A stretch of DNA of 64,000 nt, taken from an uncultured Methanoregulaceae archaeon (GTDB lineage: Archaea > Halobacteriota > Methanomicrobia > Methanomicrobiales > Methanospirillaceae). The stretch lies in the NCBI GenBank assembly GCA_963717525.1, contig OY970343.1, forward strand, positions 736,001 to 800,000, in the 5' to 3' direction. The notes below the pieces were generated by a model, which saw only the letters and a list, made by a program, of their open reading frames with translations, had not been told where the DNA came from and made no database searches. The position numbers and the translations under genes were made by a program. Of the stretch, positions 22,466 through 31,991 are shown piece after piece; within the stretch, counting starts at the first letter, position 1; each line of letters begins with the position of its first letter.

Positions 22466-22711
22466 TTACTGCTGCGCCGGAGCAGCGCTCTTGATCATCG
22501 CCTTTACCGGTTCGGGCAGGCCAAGTCCATCGACAACCGAGGGAAGAATGCTCATGATCGCCTGCTGGCCCTGGGGGGTTGCTGCAAAGTCCTTGAGCAG
22601 TGACATTCCATCCGGTGTTGCGAGGAAGTTCTTCACTGCAGTCTGCCCTTCAGATGTGGAGATAAAACCGGCAATCGATCCGCCGAGGCCTTCAAGATTT
22701 CCAAAGTTCAT
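22466..22711 (-). CDS. Small hypothetical protein with three 13-aa repeats
   Basis: FISTSEGQTAVKN / FLATPDGMSLLKD / FAATPQGQQAIMS. An AGGAG RBS-like sequence lies upstream. Confidence 0.65.
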   Translation of the reverse strand: MNFGNLEGLGGSIAGFISTSEGQTAVKNFLATPDGMSLLKDFAATPQGQQAIMSILPSVVDGLGLPEPVKAMIKSAAPAQQ

Positions 22712-22902
22712 TTTAATACACTCCTTGTAATGTTTTCTCTACATTTTGGCGATATTTGTTCTTAAACATGTGGCCGGGATAGCGTCAGGAGGTAGTTGTT
22801 TTTTTCGGAAAAAATCCGGGAAGGAAAAGCGATCCCCTATTTACGAGTCCTGATATCACGACCGAATGCCTAACTCATGATGTATCGGTCCGGAAAATGA
22901 TG

Positions 22903-23203
22903 AGGGGGGCTTCGCTCTCGTACCCCCTTTGCGATGCCACCCACTGGCCCCGAAGGGGGCACCCGTAGGGGATCAGTAAATGATCAACTAGCCCAACCCG
23001 CCGAAACAGAGCGATTCCCGACGCGCAAAACGCCTCGTCGGGTTTTGCGCTATGCACTTACCGTGATCTTGATGTGAGGTCGGATTTGGCGGATGGGGTG
23101 GTGAAGCAAAGGAGCAGGGGCCCGGGCACACACTTGCCCAGCGAGGCCCCGATGAAGAGGCCGAGCGACTCCGAGCGCTAGCGAGGAGGGGAAGAATCGT
23201 AAT
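22903..23203. repeat. GC-rich multi-hairpin intergenic element (copy C of a dispersed family)
   Basis: Several stems. Its right end 23183..23203 matches the reverse complement of 41078..41098 at 19/21 nt, and its left end resembles the 30.99 kb motif in inverted orientation. Confidence 0.6.
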
Positions 23204-23344
23204 GATCGAACACCTGTCCTGACGGTGGGATCCTGTCATATCTTCGGTGTAAATCCAGTTTCTTTTAAGTGAAAAGTTCACTACTCCCCGTTATCATAGC
23301 AGAACCAAAAAAGAGCAATATCCCTGTAGCCTTCAGGGAGATCC

Positions 23345-24727
23345 TTATAATTTCTTGAGGGCCTGCACGACTTTCCCGACCGTCTCCTGCGCATCGCCGT
23401 AGAGCATCCGTGTGTTATCACGGTAGAACAGGTCGTTTTCGATCCCTGCAAAGCCCCTGCCCTGCCCGCGTTTGAGGACGATGACGTTTTTGGCCTGCTC
23501 AACGTCGAGAATGGGCATCCCGTAGAGCGGGCTTCCCTGCCGGTGCGCGGCCGGGTTGACCGTGTCATTTGCTCCGATGACAAGCACGACATCGGTGCCG
23601 GCAAATTCCGGGTTGATCTCGTCCCGGTCAAAGAGGCGGTCGTAAGGAACTCCCGCCTCGGCGAGGAGCACGTTCATGTGCCCGGGCATCCGCCCGGCGA
23701 CCGGGTGGATCGCAAACTTCACTGGAACGTTCCTGCTTTCGAGCATGTCGGTAAGCTCCTTGACCTTCTGCTGGGCTTGGGCGACTGCCATGCCGTAGCC
23801 GGGAGCGACAATTACCTTGTTGGCGTAGGCAAGCATCACCGCGACGTCATCTGCCTCGACCGGCTTCATGCTGCCCTGGATCTGCAGGCCGGCCTCCTCG
23901 GTCGCGCCAAACGCGCCGAAGAAAACGTTGGTGATCGAGCGGTTCATTGCCTTTGCCATCTGGAGTGTCAGGAGAGAACCCGCCGCGCCGACGATTATAC
24001 CTGCGATGACCATGGCGTAGTTGGGGGTTGCAAAAGAGAACCCGTCGAGTGCGACCGCAAGGCCGGTAAAGGCGTTGTACATCGAGATGACGACCGGCAT
24101 GTCGGCCCCGCCGATCGGCAGGGTCATGAGGACCCCGAAGACGAGCGAGAGGACAAAGAAGAGCGGGAGATACATGGCGACGTTAAGCGGGATCCACGCC
24201 GGGTTCAGGATAATACATGCTCCTGAAAGGATGGCGAGGACGAGAACTGCCGTATTAACGACCTGCTGGCCGGTGAAGGCAATCGGCCGCGGCCGCATCC
24301 AGCCCTGTAACTTTAAGAATGCTATAATACTGCCCGAAAATGAGATAGCGCCAATGATGCCGCCGATCACGGCAAGGGAACTCGTGGCGTTAATGGTACC
24401 AAGGAGTTCGACCGCGGAGATCCCTGCCGCAGCCCCGCCGCCCATGCCGTTAAAGAGCGCGACCATCTGGGGCATACCGGTCATCGCGACACGTTTTGCC
24501 GCGATGTAGCCAAAACCCCCTCCGATGACGATCCCGATTGCCATCAGCACGAAGTTGGTGAGGTCCGGGGTCAGGAAGGTAACAAGCGTCGCGATCAGCA
24601 TCGCGGCGCCGGCCCAGACAATCCCGCTGCGGGCCGTAAGGGGATGGCTCATCCGGTGCATGCCGATGATGAAGAAGAAGATGGTTGCAATATACACCGG
24701 GTTGATGATCCAGGAAAGATAGGTCAT
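23345..24727 (-). CDS. pntB: NAD(P) transhydrogenase subunit beta
   Basis: MPQMVALFNG, IGGADMPVVIS, PGYGMAVAQAQ, HPVAGRMPGHMNVLLAEA, GANDTVNP. Confidence 0.96.
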   Translation of the reverse strand: MTYLSWIINPVYIATIFFFIIGMHRMSHPLTARSGIVWAGAAMLIATLVTFLTPDLTNFVLMAIGIVIGGGFGYIAAKRVAMTGMPQMVALFNGMGGGAAAGISAVELLGTINATSSLAVIGGIIGAISFSGSIIAFLKLQGWMRPRPIAFTGQQVVNTAVLVLAILSGACIILNPAWIPLNVAMYLPLFFVLSLVFGVLMTLPIGGADMPVVISMYNAFTGLAVALDGFSFATPNYAMVIAGIIVGAAGSLLTLQMAKAMNRSITNVFFGAFGATEEAGLQIQGSMKPVEADDVAVMLAYANKVIVAPGYGMAVAQAQQKVKELTDMLESRNVPVKFAIHPVAGRMPGHMNVLLAEAGVPYDRLFDRDEINPEFAGTDVVLVIGANDTVNPAAHRQGSPLYGMPILDVEQAKNVIVLKRGQGRGFAGIENDLFYRDNTRMLYGDAQETVGKVVQALKKL

Positions 24728-25041
24728 TTCAGGCCTCCCTCTTTTTGCTTCTTTCCGCTGCGGTTAAACATCTGGAGGATCCGTTCGGTTACGACATAGC
24801 CGCCGGTAACGTTTGCCGCCCCGAGAACGACTGCGATAAAGCCGATGGCCTGTTCGAGCGGCGTCGTGGCAAGGCCAAGTGCAACCAGTGCGCCGACAAG
24901 CACGATCCCGTGGATGAAATTGGACCCGCTCATCAGGGGCGTGTGGAGGATGACCGGGACCCGGCTGATTACAACATAGCCGGTGAACGCGGCGAGCATT
25001 GCGATATAGACCGCCGTCCAGAGCAGGGTGGTATCGATCAT
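24724..25041 (-). CDS. pntA: NAD(P) transhydrogenase alpha, membrane part
   Basis: LHTPLMSGSN motif and GGYVVTERILQMF; three TM segments. Confidence 0.93.
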   Translation of the reverse strand: MIDTTLLWTAVYIAMLAAFTGYVVISRVPVILHTPLMSGSNFIHGIVLVGALVALGLATTPLEQAIGFIAVVLGAANVTGGYVVTERILQMFNRSGKKQKEGGLK

Positions 25042-26195
25042 ACTTTCGATCCCTCCAGAAGATCAAGCGTCGGCTGGTGGCGCACCGTGCCTGCATGGAC
25101 AAGGAGGCTTGCGGTCAAAATCTCGTCCGTGAACCCGGTCACGAGCGCCCCGTTCTTATCGATGAGGAGCGAGAGGAACGACAGAAGGTTCTTTGCGTAC
25201 ATCTGGCTTGCGTGGAACGGTACCCGGGCCGGGAGGTTCTGCGGGCCGATGATCATGACACCATGCTCCCTGACGGTTTTTCCGGCTTGGGTCAGCTCGC
25301 AGTTTCCGCCGGTCTCGGCTGCCATATCGATGATGACGGCGCCCGGCTGCATCTTTGCGACGGTTTCTTTGGTGATAAGGACCGGGGCTTTGCGGCCCGG
25401 GATGGCAGCGGTCGTGATGACAATATCCGCCCGGGCGACCGCGGCAGAGACCATCTCCTGCTCCTTGACCTTCTCCTCGGCCGTGAGCTCGCGGGCATAG
25501 CCGCCTTGGCCTTCGGCATTGATCTCGAGTTCGAGGAACTTTGCGCCAAGGCTCCTCACCTGCTCGCCCGCGGCCCTCCTGACATCGTAGGCCTCGACAA
25601 GGGCGCCGAGCCTTTTTGCCGTGGCAATTGCCATGAGGCCGGCGATACCTGCGCCCAGAACCAGCACGGTGGAGGGTCTGATGGTACCCGCGGCGGTTGT
25701 CAGCATCGGGAGGAATTTCGGGCAGTTCTGGGCACCCAGGATGACCGCGACATACCCGCCCGCCGTAGCCTGCGAGCTGAGCGCATCCATACTCTGGGCG
25801 CGGGAGATGCGTGGGACCAGTTCGAGAGAAAAGGCGGTGATCTTCCGGTCGCGCATTCTTTTGATCGCTTCAAGGTTATTCGCTGCGTTCATGAACCCGA
25901 TAACGATCGTGCCCTCCGCGAGCTGGTCGATGTCGGTGACCGTCGGCGGCTGGACACGCAGCACGATCCGGGCGCCGTCCAGCAAACCGGCCCGTTCGGA
26001 CACGATCTTCGCACCAGCGGCCGCAAACATGGTGTCAGGGTAGTAAGATCCCGCCCCCGCATCATGCTCGACCCGTACCTCGCAGCCTGATTTAATAAGA
26101 TTCCGGACTACTTCCGGTACGGTCGCCACCCGCTGTTCTCCGGGCGCGAGTTCCTTTGGGACAGCAATCACGAGGGGGGACGTCATATTTCCCAC
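25038..26195 (-). CDS. pntA: NAD(P) transhydrogenase alpha, NAD(H)-binding domain I
   Basis: EQRVA, RISRAQSMDALSS, GAGIAGL, GGYA, TTAAIPGRKAP, GGNCE. Confidence 0.95.
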   Translation of the reverse strand: MGNMTSPLVIAVPKELAPGEQRVATVPEVVRNLIKSGCEVRVEHDAGAGSYYPDTMFAAAGAKIVSERAGLLDGARIVLRVQPPTVTDIDQLAEGTIVIGFMNAANNLEAIKRMRDRKITAFSLELVPRISRAQSMDALSSQATAGGYVAVILGAQNCPKFLPMLTTAAGTIRPSTVLVLGAGIAGLMAIATAKRLGALVEAYDVRRAAGEQVRSLGAKFLELEINAEGQGGYARELTAEEKVKEQEMVSAAVARADIVITTAAIPGRKAPVLITKETVAKMQPGAVIIDMAAETGGNCELTQAGKTVREHGVMIIGPQNLPARVPFHASQMYAKNLLSFLSLLIDKNGALVTGFTDEILTASLLVHAGTVRHQPTLDLLEGSKV

Positions 26196-26274
26196 CGGGC
26201 CTGTCCAGTCGTATTACAATAAAGCAAGTACTTCACTCCAAGGCTGATCTGCGATTGTATCCTACGAATTGAAC

Positions 26275-27915
26275 TTACAGCTTCTTTATTTTACGCACCC
26301 GGACAGCCACGCCACGCCGGGATCCTTTCATCTCTGTGGCAGGCATCGCCGCCTTTCCCGTGGCCCATGCCTTTGTACCGACGACCAGCACTTCATCCCC
26401 TTCGCGGATGGCGGGATTGGCAGCCACCACGCCCGGGACCAGCACGTCCCCTTCAGGTACAAAGTCGCTGATGGTCACCCGGTAGCGCTCCGGGAGAAGT
26501 TCCCAGCCCTCGAATGTCGGCCGGAGCAGGCCAGTACCGGTGTCAATCGAGAAGAGCTGCTGGTTGTTCTTTGAGTAGAAAAGTTCCGGGAAATGGCCCC
26601 GGGAGAGCATGCCTTTCGTGTCCACATCGCAGCCGAACTGGTACGAGAGCATGCCGTGGAGCCGGTCGTCCTTTACCCGGCGCTCGCAGTCGAGGGCCCG
26701 GCTGAGCTGGGAAAGGGCGACATCCCCGGCCGGGTGCTCGCGGCAGGAATGCTCAAGCGTGATGCCGCAGTTCGCTGCCGCCATCTCCGCAACCCTGAGC
26801 GCACCACCTCCAAGATGGGCGATCACCCGTTCATATTTATGGAGCAAGAGGTAGCGGGCGAGAATATCCGAGATATACGTGCATTCCTCCGCGTCCCAGT
26901 AGCCGGTGACCGGGACATCGTAATGCATCGCCGGGTACACGCATTCGAGTTCGCGGGGCACAAGGCCGAGCGGCGAGGTGATGATCAGTTCGTGTGCCCG
27001 TCCGGCGATTGCGTGCTGGAACCGCCGGTGGCTCTGTGAGAGCGAGTAGGGTTTTTTTGCCGAGCAGGGCAGGAGGACAGCAACCGTCGCTTTCGGCGGC
27101 AGGTACCGGGTTAGAAGCCGCTCTGCAAACCTCCTGACCTCGGCCCGCTGCATCGACTCCCCCGAATTCGCCCTCATCACGCCGCTGCGGGCGATGGGTG
27201 AATACAGTTCCGAGCATGCGTAATCCGTATCGAGATGGCGCATGATGGCAACATGGTTCGCGTTCATCCGGCACCGGGCTTCCACGAGTTCGCGTAGTTT
27301 TGCCTGCCCGATAAAATACCGGACGAGCCCGACCTCATGATCCAGCGCAAGCCTGTTGTGCAGTTTCAGGTCCCCGTTCCGGCAGCCTTCACAGCCGCAG
27401 ATACCGCCCTTTTGTGCGTCGGCCGGGAATTTGCCTTCGGGAGTACAGAACATCCCCTGCGCGGATATGAGATCAACGCCGGTGTAATCGAAGAGACCAA
27501 AGCCCGTGTAGCAGAGGATGTGGACATCCGAGGGCAGGGCTGCGGCCGGCGCATACCAGAGTGTATCAGGAGGTGTCTTTTCTTTGAGGGCTTTGAGCCA
27601 CGCGACATACTGCCGGGGGTTTGCAAGTGCTGTGTGCCAGTTTGCAACCATCACCACGTCCCCGCTTACGGCACGATCCTCAAGCGCCGGGTGGATGGTT
27701 ACCGGCTGGCCGGCTCCCATAGGCACGAATGTCTTTGCAAATGCCGCCGGCGCAGAGAGCGGAACGTTGGTGCCGCCCCGCGCTGCAAGCGAAGGGAATA
27801 GTACCTCCATATCAATCACGGCAGGGAATGGCACCTGCGGCCCTTTTAACCCGTCGCCGCTCATGACACCGGCCCGGGCAAGACCGTCCCGCTTTTTGAT
27901 ATCGAACCGGATCAT
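26275..27915 (-). CDS. arcS: Archaeosine synthase subunit (TgtA2)
   Basis: [35 protein letters not shown]-terminal PUA domain; coupled to tgtA. Confidence 0.92.
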   Translation of the reverse strand: MIRFDIKKRDGLARAGVMSGDGLKGPQVPFPAVIDMEVLFPSLAARGGTNVPLSAPAAFAKTFVPMGAGQPVTIHPALEDRAVSGDVVMVANWHTALANPRQYVAWLKALKEKTPPDTLWYAPAAALPSDVHILCYTGFGLFDYTGVDLISAQGMFCTPEGKFPADAQKGGICGCEGCRNGDLKLHNRLALDHEVGLVRYFIGQAKLRELVEARCRMNANHVAIMRHLDTDYACSELYSPIARSGVMRANSGESMQRAEVRRFAERLLTRYLPPKATVAVLLPCSAKKPYSLSQSHRRFQHAIAGRAHELIITSPLGLVPRELECVYPAMHYDVPVTGYWDAEECTYISDILARYLLLHKYERVIAHLGGGALRVAEMAAANCGITLEHSCREHPAGDVALSQLSRALDCERRVKDDRLHGMLSYQFGCDVDTKGMLSRGHFPELFYSKNNQQLFSIDTGTGLLRPTFEGWELLPERYRVTISDFVPEGDVLVPGVVAANPAIREGDEVLVVGTKAWATGKAAMPATEMKGSRRGVAVRVRKIKKL

Positions 27916-29366
27916 TCGACCAGCTCCGCAGCATCCCCGACTTCTTCACGGAAAATTGTATGCCAGCTGCGGAGACCTGACACAGAGATCCTGCTCTCCT
28001 TATGGCTTTCGGCAAGCATCCGGATGCCCCGGCACCCCTGCCGTACCATCGCCTCGTCCCACGGGGGGATCTCGGTCGGGCCGACAGGAAATGTCTCCTT
28101 TAACTCAACAGGGTAGGGCCCGAAGGGCGGCTTGAAGAAGAGCACGTCATCGAATCCGTCGCGGTGCCCGGCTTCGCAGGCAACCAGCACCTCATTTCCC
28201 AGACGTAGCCGGGCCAGCTGCCGCTGGTACCGGAGGACTTCGGTACGGGCGCAGCTCTCATCGCCCCGGTAGAAGAACCGTCGCTTGGAGGCCCGGTCAA
28301 AGGGTTCGAGTTCTGCGTTGTGCCCGAGCAGTTCCCGGTAACCGGCGAGGAGCAGCGGGTGGTTCCGGCACCGGTCATCGACGAGTTCCCAGAGCGTCCC
28401 GTCTGCCATTGCCTGCCGGATCCGCGCAATCTCGGCGAGAGTGACGGCGAGGTTGTGGAGGGCGAGGAGCCGGGTCCGGTCCTTTGCATTGCGCAGCTCT
28501 TCAGCCGTGTGGCTCCGGCAGACCGCGCAGGCGCAAGGGAGATCGGTGAGTTCGTCGATTTTGAAACTGCCATGTGAGGTGAGGTACCTTCCCTCCTTTG
28601 CATAGAGGGCATACGCGGCAGAATCAAAGAGGTCACAGCCCATCGCGGCGGCAAGCGCAAACATGGCCGGGTGACCCGCCCCGAAGAGGTGGACGCATGC
28701 AGAGCGGGGGATTGTGCGTTTTGCGGCCATAACGACATCCACGAGGTCACGGTACCGGTAGGCCTCCATGAGCGGCACGACCGCACCGATAGGGCAGAAA
28801 GCAAAGCCGAGATCGCCCACTGCTTTTCCTGCCTGTTCGCGGAGGTCCGGGTAGATGCCGCCCTGCACCGGCCCGGCAAGCGGGGCATCGTTCCCGAAGA
28901 GTTCCTTTGCTTCGCGGAGCCTTTCCGTGGTGATGGCAAGTTCCCGTTCAGCAGTTGTGCGGTCCGCATCCGGAGAGGTCGGGATATCGAGCGGTACCCA
29001 GATGTCGCTCCCGATATCCCGCTGGTAGGAGAGGGTCTGCTCGTTTGTCAGGGATACTTCGCCATAGACCGAGAGCTGGAACGACCCTGAATCGGTCATG
29101 ATCAGGCCGTCGAAATCGAGCAGCCGGTGCAACCCCTCTTCCTTCACTCGCTCGCTGTACTGCCTGCTTTGGGAAAATATGTAGGCGTTGGTGATCAACG
29201 CCTCGACCCCCATTGCATGGAGTTCTTTTGGGGTCACAAGCATCAGGTGGGGGTTGATGACCGGCAGCAGCGCTGGTGTCCGGATGATCTTTTTTGAGGC
29301 ACCCAGTTTTCCGGTGCGCCCTGCAATATCGCTGTCCAGACTCTCGAAGGTGATCGCCATGCCCAA
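27912..29366 (-). CDS. tgtA: tRNA-guanine(15) transglycosylase
   Basis: [32 protein letters not shown], Zn site CACAVC..HNL. Confidence 0.95.
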   Translation of the reverse strand: MGMAITFESLDSDIAGRTGKLGASKKIIRTPALLPVINPHLMLVTPKELHAMGVEALITNAYIFSQSRQYSERVKEEGLHRLLDFDGLIMTDSGSFQLSVYGEVSLTNEQTLSYQRDIGSDIWVPLDIPTSPDADRTTAERELAITTERLREAKELFGNDAPLAGPVQGGIYPDLREQAGKAVGDLGFAFCPIGAVVPLMEAYRYRDLVDVVMAAKRTIPRSACVHLFGAGHPAMFALAAAMGCDLFDSAAYALYAKEGRYLTSHGSFKIDELTDLPCACAVCRSHTAEELRNAKDRTRLLALHNLAVTLAEIARIRQAMADGTLWELVDDRCRNHPLLLAGYRELLGHNAELEPFDRASKRRFFYRGDESCARTEVLRYQRQLARLRLGNEVLVACEAGHRDGFDDVLFFKPPFGPYPVELKETFPVGPTEIPPWDEAMVRQGCRGIRMLAESHKESRISVSGLRSWHTIFREEVGDAAELVE

Positions 29367-29405
29367 GGGATACTCCTGTTCCTAGATGATTGGCGGTCTC
29401 CTCTG

Positions 29406-29981
29406 TTAAACCGATCCCTTAAATGTACCGGTGAATATCTGGCCTTCGAAGGTGAGGATCTCCACGTTGTTCTTTGTCCAGCAGTTCCGGGGCAGCCCGG
29501 CCTTCTCGCAGGTATGGTCGAGGAAGGTCTTCGCATCCCAACTATACTCGGTTGCAACCTGGGGCAGCAAAAGGCCGCTCGTACCAAAACCCCGGGCGAT
29601 GAGGCCGTGGCGCCCGACCTCGACATGAGTCGGGCGGTCCTGCGGGTCGCATTCAAGGGTTACGGGAACGGTAAGCACGGTCACCTCAAAATCGAGATCC
29701 ACGAGTTCGTTCTTTCCTACACCGGGGAACCGGGGATCTTCGAGGGCCGCCGCAACTGCGGCATCTTCGATGGCATCGCCCAGTGGCATCACCGGGTAAG
29801 GAAAGCCGATGCAGCCCCGGAGCTGGCCTTGTTTTGTCAGGGTTACAAAGACCCCGCGTTTCTCGGAAAAGACCGGGGTCAGGTGGACCATCGGTTTTGG
29901 CTTTTTTACGATTGTGTATTCGATGGCCCCCCGGGCAAGCCGGATGGCGAGGAGACCTTCATCGGGATTCAGGAGCTGCAT
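29406..29981 (-). CDS. AMMECR1-domain protein
   Basis: GVFVTL..LRGCIG, DPRF, GLLLPQVA, CEKAG. Likely start MQLL at 29981. Confidence 0.92.
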   Translation of the reverse strand: MQLLNPDEGLLAIRLARGAIEYTIVKKPKPMVHLTPVFSEKRGVFVTLTKQGQLRGCIGFPYPVMPLGDAIEDAAVAAALEDPRFPGVGKNELVDLDFEVTVLTVPVTLECDPQDRPTHVEVGRHGLIARGFGTSGLLLPQVATEYSWDAKTFLDHTCEKAGLPRNCWTKNNVEILTFEGQIFTGTFKGSV

Positions 29982-30111
29982 GACATATACCTCTGTTGTG
30001 ACACTTTCGGCAGGGGTTGTTAAATTAGTTATCCCTCCCCGGGAGAACCCGGTGCATGTATACCGGCCCATCGGTACCATTATTAAGGATCGTTCGCGCA
30101 TATGTTCTCGT

Positions 30112-30460
30112 GAGAGGGAGAGAGCGGCTGACGGTGGCCTTAATACATGGCCGCTGAGGAAAGTCCCCCACCCACCGGGCACGCAGCCATACGCAAGTAT
30201 GGGTGGCGAGAGTCACGGCAATGGCACAGAAACGACACGGCCTGTTCCCAGTTATGATGCGGCTGAGCCCTTTTGGGCGAGAAGTGCGGCTGGTTCCGCG
30301 CGAGTAACCCGCTGAGCGCTTTAACGGAACAGGATACGATGAAACGGCGAATCCCTGCGGGTGCAAGCCAGAACAGGGCAATGGATCGCTCGGTATCCGC
30401 CCGGGTTTGGCGCAGAGCTGAATGCCGCATGAACAGAAGGAGGCTTACTCCTCCCACTCA
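30112..30460 (+). ncRNA. rnpB: RNase P RNA (archaeal)
   Basis: GAGGAAAGTCC near the 5' end, ACAGAAAC, GGTGCAAG, and AACAGAA..GGCTTA near the 3' end. Termini GAGAGGGAG / CTCCCACTC can pair (P1). TATA-like TATTAA at about 30081. Confidence 0.93.
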
Positions 30461-30686
30461 CGTTCCTTATCCTGAAATGTCCCGGGCACCTGTCCGGACG
30501 GTTTGTTATTGGTTCCCTAATACAGAACAGTATGCCGGCTGCCCCCGCCCGGTCCGGAAGCCGACCCCCCTTACATGAACAAAAAGCCGGGGTCCCTTCA
30601 TTGGATGATATGAGGAGCTTTGTTTTTTTGAAGTCAGGCTGGCTGATCGTGATGATGGGTACGGAGGCAATCTTTCTGTTGGGAGG

Positions 30687-30850
30687 GGGCGATCATTTTT
30701 GGAAAGTGCCGTGTCGCGAGCCGGACTTTTCTGAGAATCTTCAGCAGCTCGAGTCGAACATTTTTTGAAATTATCAGCTCGCGATCCGATCATTTTTGAA
30801 AATCTTCTGGCAGCTGAGCAGGATTTTTTCCGGAAATCTTTGGATCAGGC
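30687..30850. repeat. Degenerate tandem repeat, about 32-bp period, 5 units
   Basis: T-tracts followed by GA-rich sequence start at 30696, 30727, 30761, 30793 and 30824. 30687..30770 aligns ungapped with 54136..54219 (64/84 by hand). Confidence 0.7.
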
Positions 30851-30881
30851 CGGACGATCCGGATAGTGAGGTGGGGATATC

Positions 30882-30998
30882 GTGGGGGCTGTCGCCCCTA
30901 GCGGGGCGCCCCCTCGGCAGATCAAGAAGTGGTCTCTCGTGCTCTCATGTGCCCGGCTGTTCCCCGTGAGGGGGCCTGAGGCGGGGTGGTATCGCATC
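30882..30998. repeat. Dispersed structured element, copy A
   Basis: Two GC-rich hairpin blocks similar to the reverse complement of 41078..41197. Confidence 0.75.
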
Positions 30999-31081
30999 TT
31001 TTTCAAAACGCATCGAACGTCTCTTGGCTGGTTTCCGGGCAGTTGGCAGTGCAATTATGTTGGCTGCATATTTCCTTCGCC

Positions 31082-31720
31082 TTATCTCTTCTCATAATAT
31101 TTCATCGGCCCGCAGGCGCCGCATTTCCCGTCAATGACCAGGTAATCGGGCACAGTCTCCTTGCAGGAGGGGCATGTCACCGGCTGCCAGGTCTCCTTGA
31201 GCGTAACCGGCACCCTGACATTCTCATACGAGAGAAGTTTTCGGCCTGCGGCAAGTATCTGCTCCTGGAGGTTTGTTCCCATCGTATGCTTGTTGAATTC
31301 CGGGCTGTTTGAGAACCACTTGTCAATGATGGGGAAAGCCTTGATCTTTTCCTGATCCACGTACACCCGGAAGCCGTCAGCGGTCTTATCAGTAGAGGCC
31401 CGGTTCATAGTGAGTGCAAAGCGTCCGATTGGGATAACTTTGAGCCTGCCGTTACCTGTCGTGCTATGGGCGATCACCTGTGGTGCATCGGGGAGGCACT
31501 TGGGGGTTTCGCAGACCGAGAAGAGTTTCTCGTCAGGGTTTGCGCCCAGCAGTTCGAGGGCATAGTCCACCATGAATGCGCCGATAAGAAGGCCCGGTGC
31601 CGGTGACGAGTGGAATTGTGCGCACTGGGAGAGGTAGGTGCGTACCGGTTCGGCGACCCCGCAGGCAGTAAGGCGGGCGTCAAAATCCCCGCCGTGATGA
31701 TGATGGTGTCCTTCATCCAT
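31082..31720 (-). CDS. FmdE-family protein with His-rich N-terminus and C-terminal Zn ribbon
   Basis: FHSSPAPGLLIG, ETPKCLPDA, TTGNGRL, CPSCKE..CGAC; starts MDEGHHHHH. Confidence 0.85.
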   Translation of the reverse strand: MDEGHHHHHGGDFDARLTACGVAEPVRTYLSQCAQFHSSPAPGLLIGAFMVDYALELLGANPDEKLFSVCETPKCLPDAPQVIAHSTTGNGRLKVIPIGRFALTMNRASTDKTADGFRVYVDQEKIKAFPIIDKWFSNSPEFNKHTMGTNLQEQILAAGRKLLSYENVRVPVTLKETWQPVTCPSCKETVPDYLVIDGKCGACGPMKYYEKR

Positions 31721-31991
31721 GGGTAATACAATGAGTGGTATTCTCTTAAATGTTATATTTCCTGCATCCGGCCCCCGAAGAGGCAGCATGTATGCGACAG
31801 GGAGGGGAAAAGCGACACTATTACCTGCTGCGGGTATCCCCCCCTTTTGCCGATGTCCATCCCATCCGGGACCGGAAGCAGGTGTCCGTATGAGCCGGTT
31901 TTTTTAACGATCCCGCCCTACAATTGCAGGACGAGATGTTTTTTTAGTCCTAGCCGGAGATTGTATCACGATAATGAAAGGAAGTCCTGCC

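Noticed and set aside
22903..23203. SRP RNA or hammerhead/HDV ribozyme
   Set aside because: I could not find the SRP helix-8 motif, a CUGANGA/GAAA core or a complete HDV topology by eye.
29982..30578. ORFs overlapping RNase P RNA and the long N-terminal extension of AMMECR1
   Set aside because: Explained by the RNA gene and a downstream start codon; shadow ORFs.
30687..30850. CRISPR array
   Set aside because: The units are degenerate and contiguous with no unique spacers, and there are no cas genes in the window.
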